Shown piece by piece: positions 12,118 through 23,911 of a stretch of DNA of 64,000 nt. Source of the DNA: Macrostomum hystrix (lineage: Eukaryota; Animalia; Platyhelminthes). The position numbers were made by a program, and so were the translations under genes. Every line of letters starts with the position of its first letter. Within the stretch, counting starts at the first letter, position 1. Below the pieces are notes generated by a model. It did not search any database and was not told the origin of the DNA. It was given only the letters and a program-made list of their open reading frames with translations. The stretch covers positions 26,598,001 through 26,662,000 of the forward strand of contig CATNEN010000001.1 in the NCBI GenBank assembly GCA_950097015.1, written 5' to 3'.

Positions 12118-13011
12118 TTAGACACTGTTGTTGTTGCTCTTGTTGCCCGCGTTGCGTCTCTCGGCATTCTCGAGGTCTCTCTGGCGCCGCTGCTGTCTGG
12201 CCAGTTGGTCTGCGGACATCGGCTCAGAGCCACCAGGGATCCCGGGAGGCGCTATCAGTTCCCCATTGTCCTGGGGCTCGTGCCAACTATCCGAGGTCTT
12301 TGTCACTCCGTTCCTAGAACTATCGGATAGCTGAGTGGTGAATGCCGGCCGTTGGTTAGTCGCCACAGAAGGCATATTGTTAAGCGGCACAGACTCAATT
12401 GTAACCTGATTGATTTCCTTCTGACTGGCTGAGCGACAGGCATTGAACACCGGCCACTTGCACATTCGGCGGGGCAGCTTATTCCTTCGCACAAGAACTA
12501 CGAGGATAATGAACGCACAAGCAATAAGAATGAGTGAGCAGACAATACCGATGATGATTCTGTTGGCTGGCGGCTGGTCCGATTCTACTATTGTCGCATT
12601 GGATGCCACATTGCTCAGAGCTGTGCCATGCCTAATGGCCGCATTGTAGACTGCTGTAGTACTGAATTGCAGTGACACAGTCCAGGAGCTGCTCTTAGTG
12701 GACTGTGTGGTGCTCGTTGACGTTGAAGCGCCTGTCGTGGTCTCGAGGCAGTAGTAAAGCTCAGCAAGCCGACGGCACAGCTCATCCGTTGTGTTGGCCT
12801 GCTTGCATCGTAATCGCGTGGCTGAGCAAGGTCGGCAGGTGCAAAAAGCGTCGTAAAATTCTTCGTGAGAACAGGTGACAGAGGAGCCCGTATCTCTAAT
12901 GCACTCTGCGCGACTCAAAGGATAAACGCTGGATATTTTGTAGGTAAGCACAGAATCACCGAGCAGTAAGTGCATAAGCACTACAGCAGCAAAGTGAAAT
13001 ACAAGCTCCAT
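12118..13011 (-). CDS. Cys-rich type I membrane receptor, cluster member 4 (297 aa)
   Basis: Signal peptide; 8-Cys domain ECIRDTGSSVTCSHEEFYDAFCTCRPCSATRLRCKQANTTDELCRRLAELYYC; Ser/Thr stalk; TM IIIGIVCSLILIACAFIILVVLV; tail VTKTSDSWHEPQ...IAPP. Confidence 0.88.
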   Translation of the reverse strand: MELVFHFAAVVLMHLLLGDSVLTYKISSVYPLSRAECIRDTGSSVTCSHEEFYDAFCTCRPCSATRLRCKQANTTDELCRRLAELYYCLETTTGASTSTSTTQSTKSSSWTVSLQFSTTAVYNAAIRHGTALSNVASNATIVESDQPPANRIIIGIVCSLILIACAFIILVVLVRRNKLPRRMCKWPVFNACRSASQKEINQVTIESVPLNNMPSVATNQRPAFTTQLSDSSRNGVTKTSDSWHEPQDNGELIAPPGIPGGSEPMSADQLARQQRRQRDLENAERRNAGNKSNNNSV

Positions 13012-13112
13012 CTTTACATGGAGTTCAGCTGGTACTGAAAAAATTTGATCCGGGTGTTAAAAAATGCCCTTGTGTTCTTAAATATTAGGCTGGCTAATGC
13101 TTAATAATCAGT

Positions 13113-14285
13113 AACTGAGGTTAGTGCAGTTGTGAGGAACTGAGGTGATGGCAGTTGTGAGGAACTGAGGTGATGGCAGTTGTGAGGAACTGAGGTGATG
13201 GCAGTTGTGAGGAACTGAGGTGATGGCAGTTGTGAGGAACTGAGGTGATGGCAGTTGTGAGGAACTGAGGTGATGGCAGTTGTGAGGAACTGAGGTGATG
13301 GCAGTTGTGAGGAACTGAGGTGATGGCAGTTGTGAGGAACTGAGGTGATGGCAGTTGTGAGGAACTGAGGTGATGGCAGTTGTGAGGAACTGAGGTGATG
13401 GCAGTTGTGAGGAACTGAGGTGATGGCAGTTGTGAGGAACTGAGGTGATGGCAGTTGTGAGGAACTGAGGTGATGGCAGCTGTGAGGAACTGAGGTGATG
13501 GCAGTTGTGAGGAACTGAGGTGATGGCAGTTGTGAGGAACTGAGGTGAGTGCAGTTGTGAGGAACTGAGGTGAGTGCAGTTGTGAGGAACTGAGGTGATG
13601 GCAGCTGTGAGGAACTGAGGTGATGGCAGTTGTGAGGAACTGAGGTGATGGCAGTTGTGAGGAACTGAGGTGATGACAGTTTTGATCTGCTGAGGAACTG
13701 AGGTGATGGCAGTTGTGAGGAACTGAGGTGATAGCAGCTGTGAGGAACTGAGGTGATGGCAGCTGTGAGGAACTGAGGTGATGACAGCTGTGAGGAACTG
13801 AGGTGATGGCAGCTGTGAGGAACTGAGGTGATGACAGCTGTGAGGAACTGAGGTGATGACAGCTGTGAGGAACTGAGGTGATGGCAGTTGTGAGGAACTG
13901 AGGTGATGGCAGCTGTGAGGAACTGAGGTGATGACAGTTTTGATCTGCTGAGGAACCGAGGTGATGACAGTTTTGATCTGCTGAGGAACTGAGGTGATGG
14001 CAGTTGTGAGGAACTGAGGTGATGGCAGCTGTGAGGAACTGAGGTGATGGCAGTTGTGAGGAACTGAGGTGATGGCAGCTGTGAGGAACTGAGGTGATGA
14101 CAGTTTTGATCTGCTGAGGAACCGAGGTGATGACAGTTTTGATCTACTGAGGAACTGAGGTGATGACAGTTTTGATCTACTGAGGAACTGAGGTGATGAC
14201 AGTTTTGATCTGCTGAGGAACTGAGGTGATGGCAGTTTTGATCTGCTGAGGAACTGAGGTGATAACAGGTTTGATCTGCTGAGAA
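13113..14285. repeat. 25-bp minisatellite (GCAGTTGTGAGGAACTGAGGTGATG)n grading into a longer variant containing TTTTGATCTGC
   Basis: Direct tandem copies. Confidence 0.95.
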
Positions 14286-15332
14286 ACTACGAGAAATACT
14301 TGGGCTTATCTAGCCTGATTTAGGCTTAGAATAAAAGAATTCAGATAAATATAAAATTGAATGCTGAAAACTTTATTTAAGCCTGATTAAGGAAAATAAA
14401 TAAGAAGATCTAAAACAAACTACGTTGGGTCGCAGAAACCACGACCGAAGATCAGTATATATATTTTATTATGGCGATAAAATGACGAGAACGTTTGTTC
14501 AGAAATAATCCAAAAATAATGATATTAATAGATAACAACTCACAAATGCTACTGGACTAAATAACGGACAGTTTGCGCTTTAGAAAGGAGCTTCTACTTC
14601 AGTACAAATTTTTTGGTTAAATTTCAAACAAACGCGCATTCAATTTCAACTAGTTTGCAATCAATCAATCTATTTTTAACCGGTCAGACCAGCATCCAAA
14701 TTCGGCAACCTTGCATTTGATTTCAACAAAAGACATCCATTTTCAGCATAGCGCACTCGATTTCAATCCGTCACATTTTTCTTGTATTGTCTATGGCAAA
14801 AACTGTCAGCCTGTGAAAATAATCATTCGATTTCAACAATTTGCACCCAACATTTCAACATTTTCTCTGCAATAAAACAGAACGGAGCAGTTACAGTGAA
14901 AAAAAGGCTGGTTACGTATTTCCCGTTTGTCCGCCAACGCAGTCTTTCTTAAAGCATTTCATTTATTTGCCCCGGGAAAACGGGACGTTTACCATAGACA
15001 ACTCACAGACGTCGGGGGGGAAATAAAAAGAACGTAGCTCAAAGCTACCCATAGCTCAGACAGCCTTTCCAGCTTTACACGCCTAGTGTACACTTTTTAC
15101 CACAGACGCTTTTTCTTCAAACAGGTCTGCTTTTTACCATAGACTATGGACAGAGTCAGAGTTTATACACAGAGCGTAAAAGTGCAATCAAAGTTGGCGG
15201 GCAAACGGGGAATACATACCATATTTCACATTTATTTCAGCTTTCTATAGGGTGGAAAGGCACTCGGTGCGACATTCATTGACCTCGGCTTCGCCTGGGT
15301 CAATAAATTTGCGCCTCGAGCCTGCCACCATA

Positions 15333-15692
15333 ATAATAATAATTGCAGGAGGGCTGCGGGCAATGGCACATCATTTGGTGACACTAGACCCGCAGCCAGC
15401 GAGGAGGCAATTCTGCCCATTTCGCTGACTCCTGAGCACACACGCACATAAATACTGTACGCAGGCATACGCTCACACAGGTGTGCACATCTGCCCTGAC
15501 TTTCTCATCGTCAGGCAGTGTACACTTCACTGTGCCTTGGAGGTTGGCCCTCAAGGGCGTCAATTGCACGACAAGCCCCAAAGCCTTCTCTCCGCGGCTG
15601 CGCCCCAAATAAATGTGGCCTCGCCGTGAAATCGAACTTAGGGACCGTGGTGCGAGAGGCAAACGCGTTAACCGCTCTGCCACTCACCCCCC
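15333..15692 (-). mobile_element. tRNA-derived SINE family A, full-length copy with (ATT)n tail and 13-bp TSD
   Basis: Head GGGGGTGAGTGGCAGAGCGGTTAACGCG...GTTCGATTTC (A/B boxes); (ATT)n tail; TSD GCCTGCCACCATA at 15320-15332 and 15693-15705. Confidence 0.92.
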
Positions 15693-16647
15693 GCCTGCCA
15701 CCATAGGGAGCCGAAATAAATGGAAAATATTATACCTGTAGAATTCAGAAACATATAAACATATTTAAAGCAAGATTTAAGCATACGATAAGATAAAGCG
15801 GGGGAACACAGTTTCACATACTGCTAACAAAAATCCGAGTTAGCTTTGAAAGCTTGAGACGAAAAGGAAAGAATTGTTCAATCCCTTAATAAAACACTTA
15901 GTTGATATTTACGTTATCGAATACAAACACAGTGGGAGCTTAAAAATTCGCTTGTACATAAAAACCAAATCTAAAAAATATCCCAAAAACGTTGACATTC
16001 CCAACTCCCACTGGTACAACTTTAAACCTTTAGCAACACACTTAAACTCTCTACATTGACTGAACAGCCCATGGTACAAGTGGGGACAGGTGTAATAAAT
16101 TATAGTTTTTATACAGTAAAATTGTTCTTGACAAATTATTATTTTAAAAAGTCTGGATAACAACTAATAAATAACAATGAGACAATAAATAAAACTCGCA
16201 AGTGTGCTGAGGCACAAATCTCGCATATGTATTAGTTGAATCTCAAGATTGAGACACGAGAGAGAGTGAGATAAAGAGTCCGACTCGTAAAGAATAAGCA
16301 AATTAAAAAAAGGCATCAGAAATTTTGCATAACGGAAATACACTTGTGCCCATTTTCTTTGCCAATGTTAATAACCAACTGAAAATTGAAAGTACTAGCT
16401 GAAACCCCGCACTAAAAAACGATGGAAAATCGATAAATATTAGTCACTCTCGATTATCTAGGATATAAAAAAATAGAGGCTATACAAAACAAGATTTGGG
16501 AGAACTGACTCATCTGAGGATTTACCTACTTGACTTACTTGACTTAGCGGCAGGGGGCCTCCATGACGGACGCAGCGAGGAGGCGGCTGTTGCCGCCCAT
16601 ATCGCTAACCCCTGGCAGCCAGACGGCCTCCAGCGAGGCGGTGCCGC

Positions 16648-19600
16648 TCAGGGTGGTCCGTCGGTCGGTTCCGCCGCGCGATCTTCCTCGCCATAGGCTG
16701 GGAAGAAATCAGCTCGGCCGGTATCCCGGAGGAAGTGGGCGAGCTGAGGGATGTTCTCGGGCGAGCAGGCTTCGGCAAGAGTCGGTGCCGGCCCGAGGTG
16801 TTTTAGCCTAGCCCGGGTGAAGGCCGGGCAGTGGCAAATGAAATGCTCGGCGTTTTCACGGCCGGAGCAGCAGAAAGGACACGTTTCCTCAGGCACGTGG
16901 CCTTGGAGGTAGCGGTGTCTGGTGAAGCAGCCATGTCCCGAAAGGGCCATGGTGACTGCTCTCAGGTCTCTGCGGTTTAGCCTGAGTAAGGCCTTACGCA
17001 GGTTACTAGAGGGGGTTGGCACCGCAGCCCTGGACTGGCGACAGTTCAGGGTGCTGGACCACCTCCTCCGGTGCTGGGTCTCCATCCAGTGGTTGATGCT
17101 GGAGTTGACAACGGAGGCGGGGATCGGGGATTCCGGGCCCGGGCCCATCAGGGAGCTGGCTGCTCCAGCCTTTGCAAGCTCGTCCGCCATCTCATTCCCT
17201 GTGAGCCCGGCGTGCCCAGGGATCCACATCAGCTCCACCTTGTTAGACTGCGCCAAACCGTTTAACTGGGTGTTGCAGTCCAAGGTGGTTCTGGAGCGAG
17301 AGGTGCAGCGACTGAGGGCCTTGAGGGCTGCTTGACTGTCGGAGTGAAAAAAGATCCTCCGACCAGCCAGCTGCCTCTGGCGCAGCTCAGCCGCACAGAA
17401 GCTGATGGCGAGCATTTCGTTTTGGAAAACGCTTGAGCTCTTGCCACAGTGTTGGGAGTGGGTCCAGAGGACCTCGCCACCCGAGGCGACGCACACCCCG
17501 AATCCCGATTTACCGTTCATCAGGGAGCCGTCAGTGTAACAGTGGACTGCGGGGTCATCCCAGCAGTCCTTTACCTCATTACGAGGGAAGATGCTGACTT
17601 TGTACCTGTGGCTCCGGAGTAAAGTGGCCGGGGCCCCGTCCGAGAGGATGGTGAGCCCTCCGCACTCGCCCAGAGTTTTCAGGCAGAGGTCAGAGTGGGG
17701 CAGAAGGGAGCGCTTCGAGAAGGCTCGCGAATTCTGGAAGGATACACCCGCATCAAGGAGACGACGGGTGGACTTTGCCGCTTCCCCCTTAACAAAAATG
17801 TCAATGGGTGTAGCGTTGAGGAAAGCGTTCATGCCTTCAAAGGGAGTGGAGGGTGGGGCGCCCAGCGTCATGCGACAGGCTCTGCCCTGCACCCTATAAA
17901 GCGCCTCCAGGTTTTTCTGGATGCTCATGGCACTGGCCCAGATGAGGCCAGCGTAAGCGACTGACGGTCTAATGATCGCCGTGTAAATCCACCAAAGGTT
18001 TTTGGGGGTTAGCCCCCAAGTGGTGCCCACGGCTCGCCTGACTTGCGCCAGAATGGCCAGGGCCCTCTTGGCCTTTGTGGTAATGTGCGGGGTCCAGTTA
18101 AGCCTATGGTCTAGCAGGATACCAAGGCACCGGACCTGCTTTTCCATGGCAATATTCTTGCCATAGAGAGTCAGAGGCTCAATGGTCCAGCGCAGCCTGC
18201 TGGTAAACATAACCGCAACGGTCTTGGACTCAGAGAGTCGGAGCCCGCATTGGTCCGCCCAGCGCACCGCCCTGTTGATAAAGCCCTGAATGAGGTCCCT
18301 GGTGGTTTCCGCCGAGGGGCCCGCGCAGATGGCGGTCACATCGTCGGCATATCCCACCTTCAGGACTGGGTCAGGCCGAGTGCTTTTTAGCAGCTCATCC
18401 ATGACGAGATTCCACAGCAGTGGGGTGAGGACGCCACCTTGGGGCCCTCCTTTTAGGACAGGTGCCGAGAGCACCCTGCCTTCGAGGTGGGCCACCACGT
18501 GGCGATTCCGGATCATGTACATGACCCAACGGACGAGGTGGGGGTGAGTGGCCCTGGAAACCAGGGCCTTCTCAAAGGCTTCGAAAATAACGTTATCGAA
18601 GGCCCCCTCAATATCAAGGAAAACAGCCAGGGCAAAACCGCTGCCCAGCACTGCCTTCTCGAGAGTCTCCACAATGCAGTGGAGGGCGCTCTCCGTGGAC
18701 CGGCCCGCCCGAAAGGCGTGCTGGTTTGGTGAGAGCGGGGCCCGCCCTAGCTCTACAGTAAGAAGGCGCCAGAGCACCAGTCTTTCCATGAGCTTGAGGC
18801 AGGTGGAAGTCAAGCTTATCGGGCGATAAGACTTGACCGAGCGATAGTCGCCTTTGGCGGGCTTCGGGATGAAGACGACCCGGGCTTCATGCCACCGCGC
18901 TGGTACGTAGCCCAGCACGATGCAGGCCCGTAGAAGTCTGCAGAGGAGATGGAGGAAGCGGCCATTTTTAACCGCTTCATGCAGAAAGGCCGGATATATA
19001 CCATCTGGCCCAGGTGCTTTAAAAGGATTGAATGACTTAGCCGCGCGAACGATGCGGTCATTCGTAACGAGTGACTGAGCCAGGCCCTGACCTCCACGCG
19101 AGTGGTCGTCTGGGCCGAAGTGCGCCGGTACACTCGGGAAGAAATGCCCTAGCATAAGCTCGAGCGTTTCCTCCGGGCGCTCAGTGATCGAGCCGTCCGG
19201 CTTTTTAATCGATGAGAGCTTGGAGAAGCGGTCGTTGGTGAGCGCCTTTACCACGCGGGCCGTGGGCCGCGAGCCCTCAAGCCCTTCGCAGTATTGTCGC
19301 CACTTGTCCGCTTTTGCCCTTCTGACCCGGCCCTTAAACTCGTGGATGGCGCGAGTATAGGCCTCTTTGTCATCAGGGTCGTGCGAGGTTTTCAGCTTCC
19401 TCTGGAGAGCCTTAGCTCGGCGTCTTAGGACTCCGAGCTCGGGGTTCCACCAGGGGGCCGATTTTTTGCCTTTGTAGGCTTTGAGCGGGCAAGCCATTTC
19501 GTAGGCCTCTGTGATGGCGCCGCCCAGCAGGGCAGCCACTCCATCCAGGTCCTGCGTGGTTTCCATGGCCATGGAGGGGTCAGAATCCCGAAGGCCCTCA

Positions 19601-20352
19601 TGCAGCTTTTGGCTGAACGCGGGCCAGTCGGTATTTCTGACATTACGCCTCCAAATAGGCTTTTGCTTCTTATCGGGGGTGCCGATGTTGAAACGGATGA
19701 AACGGTGGTCCGAGAGCGAGCTTTCGGTCTCCCACACCTCCCACCCCAGCACCCTTGGGAGGATGCCGGGTGAGGCCAGGGTGACGTCAAGCACCTCAGC
19801 CCACCGCCCATTGTCGAAAGTGGGCGTGTTGCCCACATTGCAGAAGTTTAGAGGCGTGCCGCTGACGAAGGCCAGGAGCTCTTCGCCGCGGTCATTGATT
19901 TTTGAGCTACCCCAGTGGGTGTGATGCGAGTTTACATCTCCCGCGAGGAGCAGCTCGAAGTTTCGTGCCCTGGCGAATTCACAGAGGGCGACGAGGGTAT
20001 CGCTAACCACGGGGGCGTCGCCTGCCAGGTAGGCGGATGCCACGAGGGTCAACTTGTTAGGCACAATGTGTGCAGATTGGATGACGCAGATGTCCCCGTT
20101 AGAGAGATCGGGTCTCATCCACGCATTTAAGGCTTTTGCGGCATAGATCAGTGATCTAGGGCGGACAGAGTCTGCCATGCAGAAGCAGTCATAGCCAGCA
20201 GGAATGTTGCTTGGCTTGTTCTTTGATAGCCAGGGCTCCTGCACAAGTACAAGGCCCGGCATCATGCGCTCTGTCGTGCGCATCAGATTGACTGATGCTG
20301 CCACGCAGTGCTGGGTGTTAACTTGCAGACATGATATTCCGGGGATCATCAT
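16648..20352 (-). CDS. LINE ORF2: AP endonuclease, reverse transcriptase, RNase H, C-terminal CCHC knuckle (1234 aa, intact)
   Basis: VQEPW, GDVNSHH and SDH (APE); [28 protein letters not shown] and YADD (RT); YTDGS, SDSQAAL, WIPGH and GNEMAD (RNase H); CPFC...EHFICHC. Confidence 0.97.
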   Translation of the reverse strand: MMIPGISCLQVNTQHCVAASVNLMRTTERMMPGLVLVQEPWLSKNKPSNIPAGYDCFCMADSVRPRSLIYAAKALNAWMRPDLSNGDICVIQSAHIVPNKLTLVASAYLAGDAPVVSDTLVALCEFARARNFELLLAGDVNSHHTHWGSSKINDRGEELLAFVSGTPLNFCNVGNTPTFDNGRWAEVLDVTLASPGILPRVLGWEVWETESSLSDHRFIRFNIGTPDKKQKPIWRRNVRNTDWPAFSQKLHEGLRDSDPSMAMETTQDLDGVAALLGGAITEAYEMACPLKAYKGKKSAPWWNPELGVLRRRAKALQRKLKTSHDPDDKEAYTRAIHEFKGRVRRAKADKWRQYCEGLEGSRPTARVVKALTNDRFSKLSSIKKPDGSITERPEETLELMLGHFFPSVPAHFGPDDHSRGGQGLAQSLVTNDRIVRAAKSFNPFKAPGPDGIYPAFLHEAVKNGRFLHLLCRLLRACIVLGYVPARWHEARVVFIPKPAKGDYRSVKSYRPISLTSTCLKLMERLVLWRLLTVELGRAPLSPNQHAFRAGRSTESALHCIVETLEKAVLGSGFALAVFLDIEGAFDNVIFEAFEKALVSRATHPHLVRWVMYMIRNRHVVAHLEGRVLSAPVLKGGPQGGVLTPLLWNLVMDELLKSTRPDPVLKVGYADDVTAICAGPSAETTRDLIQGFINRAVRWADQCGLRLSESKTVAVMFTSRLRWTIEPLTLYGKNIAMEKQVRCLGILLDHRLNWTPHITTKAKRALAILAQVRRAVGTTWGLTPKNLWWIYTAIIRPSVAYAGLIWASAMSIQKNLEALYRVQGRACRMTLGAPPSTPFEGMNAFLNATPIDIFVKGEAAKSTRRLLDAGVSFQNSRAFSKRSLLPHSDLCLKTLGECGGLTILSDGAPATLLRSHRYKVSIFPRNEVKDCWDDPAVHCYTDGSLMNGKSGFGVCVASGGEVLWTHSQHCGKSSSVFQNEMLAISFCAAELRQRQLAGRRIFFHSDSQAALKALSRCTSRSRTTLDCNTQLNGLAQSNKVELMWIPGHAGLTGNEMADELAKAGAASSLMGPGPESPIPASVVNSSINHWMETQHRRRWSSTLNCRQSRAAVPTPSSNLRKALLRLNRRDLRAVTMALSGHGCFTRHRYLQGHVPEETCPFCCSGRENAEHFICHCPAFTRARLKHLGPAPTLAEACSPENIPQLAHFLRDTGRADFFPAYGEEDRAAEPTDGPP

Positions 20353-20364
20353 GCAGGCAGAGGT

Positions 20365-21495
20365 CTACTTGGAGGGGGACCCAGCCAGAAGGCGGTCCTC
20401 CTCCTCCGGGTCGATGTCGGTAGCCATGGGCTCCTCCGTGCCCAGGCCCCGAGCCGGAGACGGGAACTCGACGGCGTCAGCCGCCCAGTCCCCGCCCCCG
20501 GCCCCGAGCCCAGGCCCAGAGTCGCCCTCAACTGGAGCCGACACCGCTCCCTGGGCCGTGGGAGGGGCGCTCGAAGGGCCCTGCTCGATGGAGCTGGGCA
20601 CCTCTGAGGCCTCCCCCGTAGCCCTTGGTTGCGGCGCCTGCCCCGGTGGGCCACCGCGCATCTCAGCGCGCAGCTGGGCCATCTTGGCGGTTCGCACCAC
20701 CTCGGAGGCCCGCTGGAGAAGGCCCCGGCGCTTTGTGACACGCGCGGGGCGACGCTCAGAGCTGCCAGCGATGGCACGCTCTGGCCTTTTTTGGCGGGAC
20801 GACTGGGCCCTGCCCCCAGTCCCAGCCTTGGGGTCCGAGGACCCTTCATTGGCCGGTACGGTGGTGGGCCCGGTCTGACCTCGGGTTTTATCCGCCTCGA
20901 AGGCGAAGATTTTGGTCTTCCACAGACCAATGCAAATGTTGGCGCCATCTGGGTAGCGGCGTGTCCATTGCTCGGACAGGCCCAGAATGGCGGTGAAACC
21001 GGTGCCGTCGGGGCGCAGGATCGTGCGGTGCACGATCAGGCCCGCTGTCGGCAGCTCCCGGTTCATCGCGATGAGGCCCCTGCGGAGGTCCTCAGCGCTG
21101 GTGACGACACTTTTCGCCGGGACGAAGATACGGTGTCGCTTGGTCTTTGGTGGCTCGTTCTCCCGTAGGAACTCGAGGCCAGCCGCCCAGCTCTGCGTGG
21201 GCAGCAACTCGAGGAGCCGCCGCCCCGATTCCGCATCGCCGGGCCAGACGACGAAGCACGATTCCCTGGTAGCGCTTGCGCCGACCGCCAGGGGCTCGCC
21301 CTTCAGTTGAAGTTGCCACAACATAGCATCTATGTTGCGGCAAATGTCGCTGAGCTGTTCGCTGCTCAGCCTTTTCCCGTCTCTGCCGGTGATGATGACG
21401 GCAGGTTGCCTACGTGCGATGGCGGCGTAGGTAGCTTGTGGTCCCGGGCCCTGTCCGGTGGCGTCCCCACCCTCGGGATCTGCGTCGGCGGTGGG
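20365..21495 (-). pseudogene. 5'-truncated LINE ORF1
   Basis: Matches the C-terminal part of the copy B ORF1. Confidence 0.85.
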
Positions 21496-21503
21496 TTTAC
21501 CTA

Positions 21504-21712
21504 TTTACCTATCCAATTAGGAGATTTGGGAGCACTGCCTATCCAATTAGGAGATTTGGAAGCATTGCCTATCCAATTAGGAGATTTGGAAGCATTGCCT
21601 ATCCAATTAGGAGATTTGGAAGCATTGCCTATCCAATTAGGAGATTTGGAAGCATTGCCTATCCAATTAGGAGATTTGGGAGCATTGCCTATCCAATTAG
21701 GAGATTTGGGAG
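21504..21712. repeat. 30-bp minisatellite (CCTATCCAATTAGGAGATTTGGAAGCATTG)n
   Basis: About 7 tandem copies abutting LINE copy A. Confidence 0.95.
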
Positions 21713-21732
21713 TACTTAAGTATCAAGTTGGT

Positions 21733-22455
21733 TTAGGTGTGCACGCTGACTGATTGTAGATCCTCAACAGTAGGTATGTCTGGCCCCTGCTCTGCTTGTA
21801 CCGGATGCTCTTCGCTGTTGACGGGCTCATAAGGTACGATAGGCGGGGAAGTTGGTGAGACACCATTATGATGAGGCTGCAGTGGCTGTATATCCTCCCG
21901 TCGCTGTGGTTCCTCCGGTTTCCGTCGGTGCTGGCAGATCCAGTCGCGTAAACGATTTCGAAGGCCAAACTTGTGGCAGATAAAGAGCAGCGACAGTATC
22001 AGCACTATAGCAGCTCCCGCTATTCCAACAGCCACAAAAGTAGCATAGCTAGTATCCTTTAGAACACTTCCCACACCGCTTGTTTCGTCAGCGACTCGAG
22101 GACTCAAAGTCGTTGCAGAATAAAACACAGAGCTGCTTGTTGCTGCAGTGGATACGGTTGCTAGGGAGCCGCTATTCAGACCGCAATAACCCTGGCTGCG
22201 AAACGATGAGCATTCTGCAGCGTCAGGATATGCCGAGCACTGCTCTATCACAGGCACACAGGATTTGCACTCGCACAGGGCAGCAAAGAAATAGGCAGAC
22301 TGATTCAAGCAGTCAGTGACCAGCAATGATGACTCCTCGCGCAGAAAATCAATGCAGCTCTTAAAGCTTTCAGGCTTTGCCAAGCCTGACCTCAATTCCG
22401 CTTCCACCAAGTAGAACGTCAGGATGACGATGGGAATAGAAGTCTGTCGTAACAT
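21733..22455 (-). CDS. Cys-rich type I membrane receptor, cluster member 5 (240 aa)
   Basis: Signal peptide MLRQTSIPIVILTFYLVEA; 8-Cys domain SCIDF...DCLNQSAYFFAALCECKSCVPVIEQCSAYPDAAECSSFRSQGYC; TM FVAVGIAGAAIVLILSLLFI; Pro/Glu-rich tail. Confidence 0.85.
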   Translation of the reverse strand: MLRQTSIPIVILTFYLVEAELRSGLAKPESFKSCIDFLREESSLLVTDCLNQSAYFFAALCECKSCVPVIEQCSAYPDAAECSSFRSQGYCGLNSGSLATVSTAATSSSVFYSATTLSPRVADETSGVGSVLKDTSYATFVAVGIAGAAIVLILSLLFICHKFGLRNRLRDWICQHRRKPEEPQRREDIQPLQPHHNGVSPTSPPIVPYEPVNSEEHPVQAEQGPDIPTVEDLQSVSVHT

Positions 22456-22498
22456 GCGCTGAAACTGTAAGGTGCCGCGTGCTTAACTTTTGCAGTCT

Positions 22499-23460
22499 GA
22501 GAACTGACTGTCACCCTGCTGCCTGAACTGACTGTCACCCTGCTGACTGAACTGACTGTCACCCAGCTGCCTGAACTGACTGTCACCCTGCTGCCTGAAC
22601 TGACTGTCACCCTGCTGCCTGAACTGACTGTCACCCAGCTGCCTGAACTGACTGTCATCCAGCTGCCTGAACTGACTCTCACCCTGCTGACTGAACTGAC
22701 TGTCACCCTGCTGCCTGAACTGACTGTCACCCTGCTGCCTGAACTGACTGTCACCCTGCTGACTGAACTGACTGTCACCCTGCTGCCTGAACTGACTGTC
22801 ACCCTGCTGACTGAACTGACTGTCACCCAGCTGCCTGAACTGACTGTCACCCAGCTGCCTGAACTGACTGTCACCCTGCTGCCTGAACTGACTGTCACCC
22901 TGCTGACTGAACTGACTGTCACCCTGCTGCCTGAACTGACTGTCACCCAGCTGCCTGAACTGACTGTCACCCTGCTGCCTGAACTGACTGTCACCCTGCT
23001 GCCTGAACTGACTGTCACCCTGCTGCCTGAACTGACTGTCACCCTGCTGCCTGAACTGACTGTCACCCTGCTGCCTGAACTGACTGTCACCCTGCTGCCT
23101 GAACTGACTGTCACCCTGCTGCCTGAACTGACTGTCACCCTGCTGACTGAACTGACTGTCACCCTGCTGCCTGAACTGACTGTCACCCTGCTGCCTGAAC
23201 TGACTGTCACACTGCTGCCTGAACTGACTGTCACCCTGCTGACTGAACTGACTGTCACCCTGCTGACTGAACTGACTGTCACCCTGCTGCCTGAACTGAC
23301 TGTCACCCTGCTGACTGAACTGACTGTCACCCTGCTGACTGAACTGACTGTCACCCAGCTGCCTGAACTGACTGTCACCCAGCTGCCTGAACTGACTGTC
23401 ACCCAGCTGCCTGAACTGACTGTCACCCTGCTGCCTGAACCGACTGTCACCCTGCTGACT
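22499..23460. repeat. 24-bp minisatellite (GAACTGACTGTCACCCTGCTGCCT)n
   Basis: Tandem copies. Explains the repetitive ORF 22419-23495. Confidence 0.95.
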
Positions 23461-23911
23461 AAACAGATCTTTAACCTGATAGACATTTTAAACAAATAAA
23501 AGAATAAAAAACAGTATGCTCAAATTAAACAGTAACTCAAATTCAAGGGACAATATTTGTACTTTTGCTATCTAACAATTAGCGTAAATTAACAATTACC
23601 TAATAATTGTTATAAGCTATTTAAGCTACTGGTAAACAGCAATAATTTAGTAGCATGTGTGAATAACTTTACATACAATACGACACTAAATTATTGTAAT
23701 GTTTATAAGCTTCGAATAATAAGCAAAGAAAAGAAATTATTTTTCTAGATTAACCTTGTTTACGTTTTTTACTACTAATAGTAGTTTAGTTCTATGCAAC
23801 TGTTCTATTTTAAATATAAATCTAATCATATCCTTAATAAGCTACTGCCAGCTACACAAGCAGTAGTATATGAGGAGTCGGCACAGACTATCTCCAGTTG
23901 CCAGGCAGGTG

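Larger units (their letters stand above)
16529..21495 (-). mobile_element. LOA/R1-group non-LTR retrotransposon, copy A, 5'-truncated within ORF1
   Basis: 3' tail of TAAGTCAAG repeats; TSD TTTACCTA at 16521-16528 and 21496-21503; colinear with copy B. Confidence 0.93.

Noticed and set aside
13113-14285. CRISPR-like array
   Set aside because: Head-to-tail repeats without unique spacers, a eukaryotic context and no cas genes; the same applies to the other arrays.
15380-15412. HDV-like GCC-TCCTCGCT-GGC in the SINE 3' end, with a similar string in the LINE 3' UTR
   Set aside because: The required upstream P1 partner, P1.1 GG and P2 are not in the right order. It is better explained as the 3' recognition stem-loop.
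16922-21310. Plus-strand ORFs within the LINE copies
   Set aside because: Antisense shadows of GC-rich ORF1 and ORF2.
22419-23495. 358-aa RVTVSSGS repeat ORF
   Set aside because: 24-bp minisatellite artefact.
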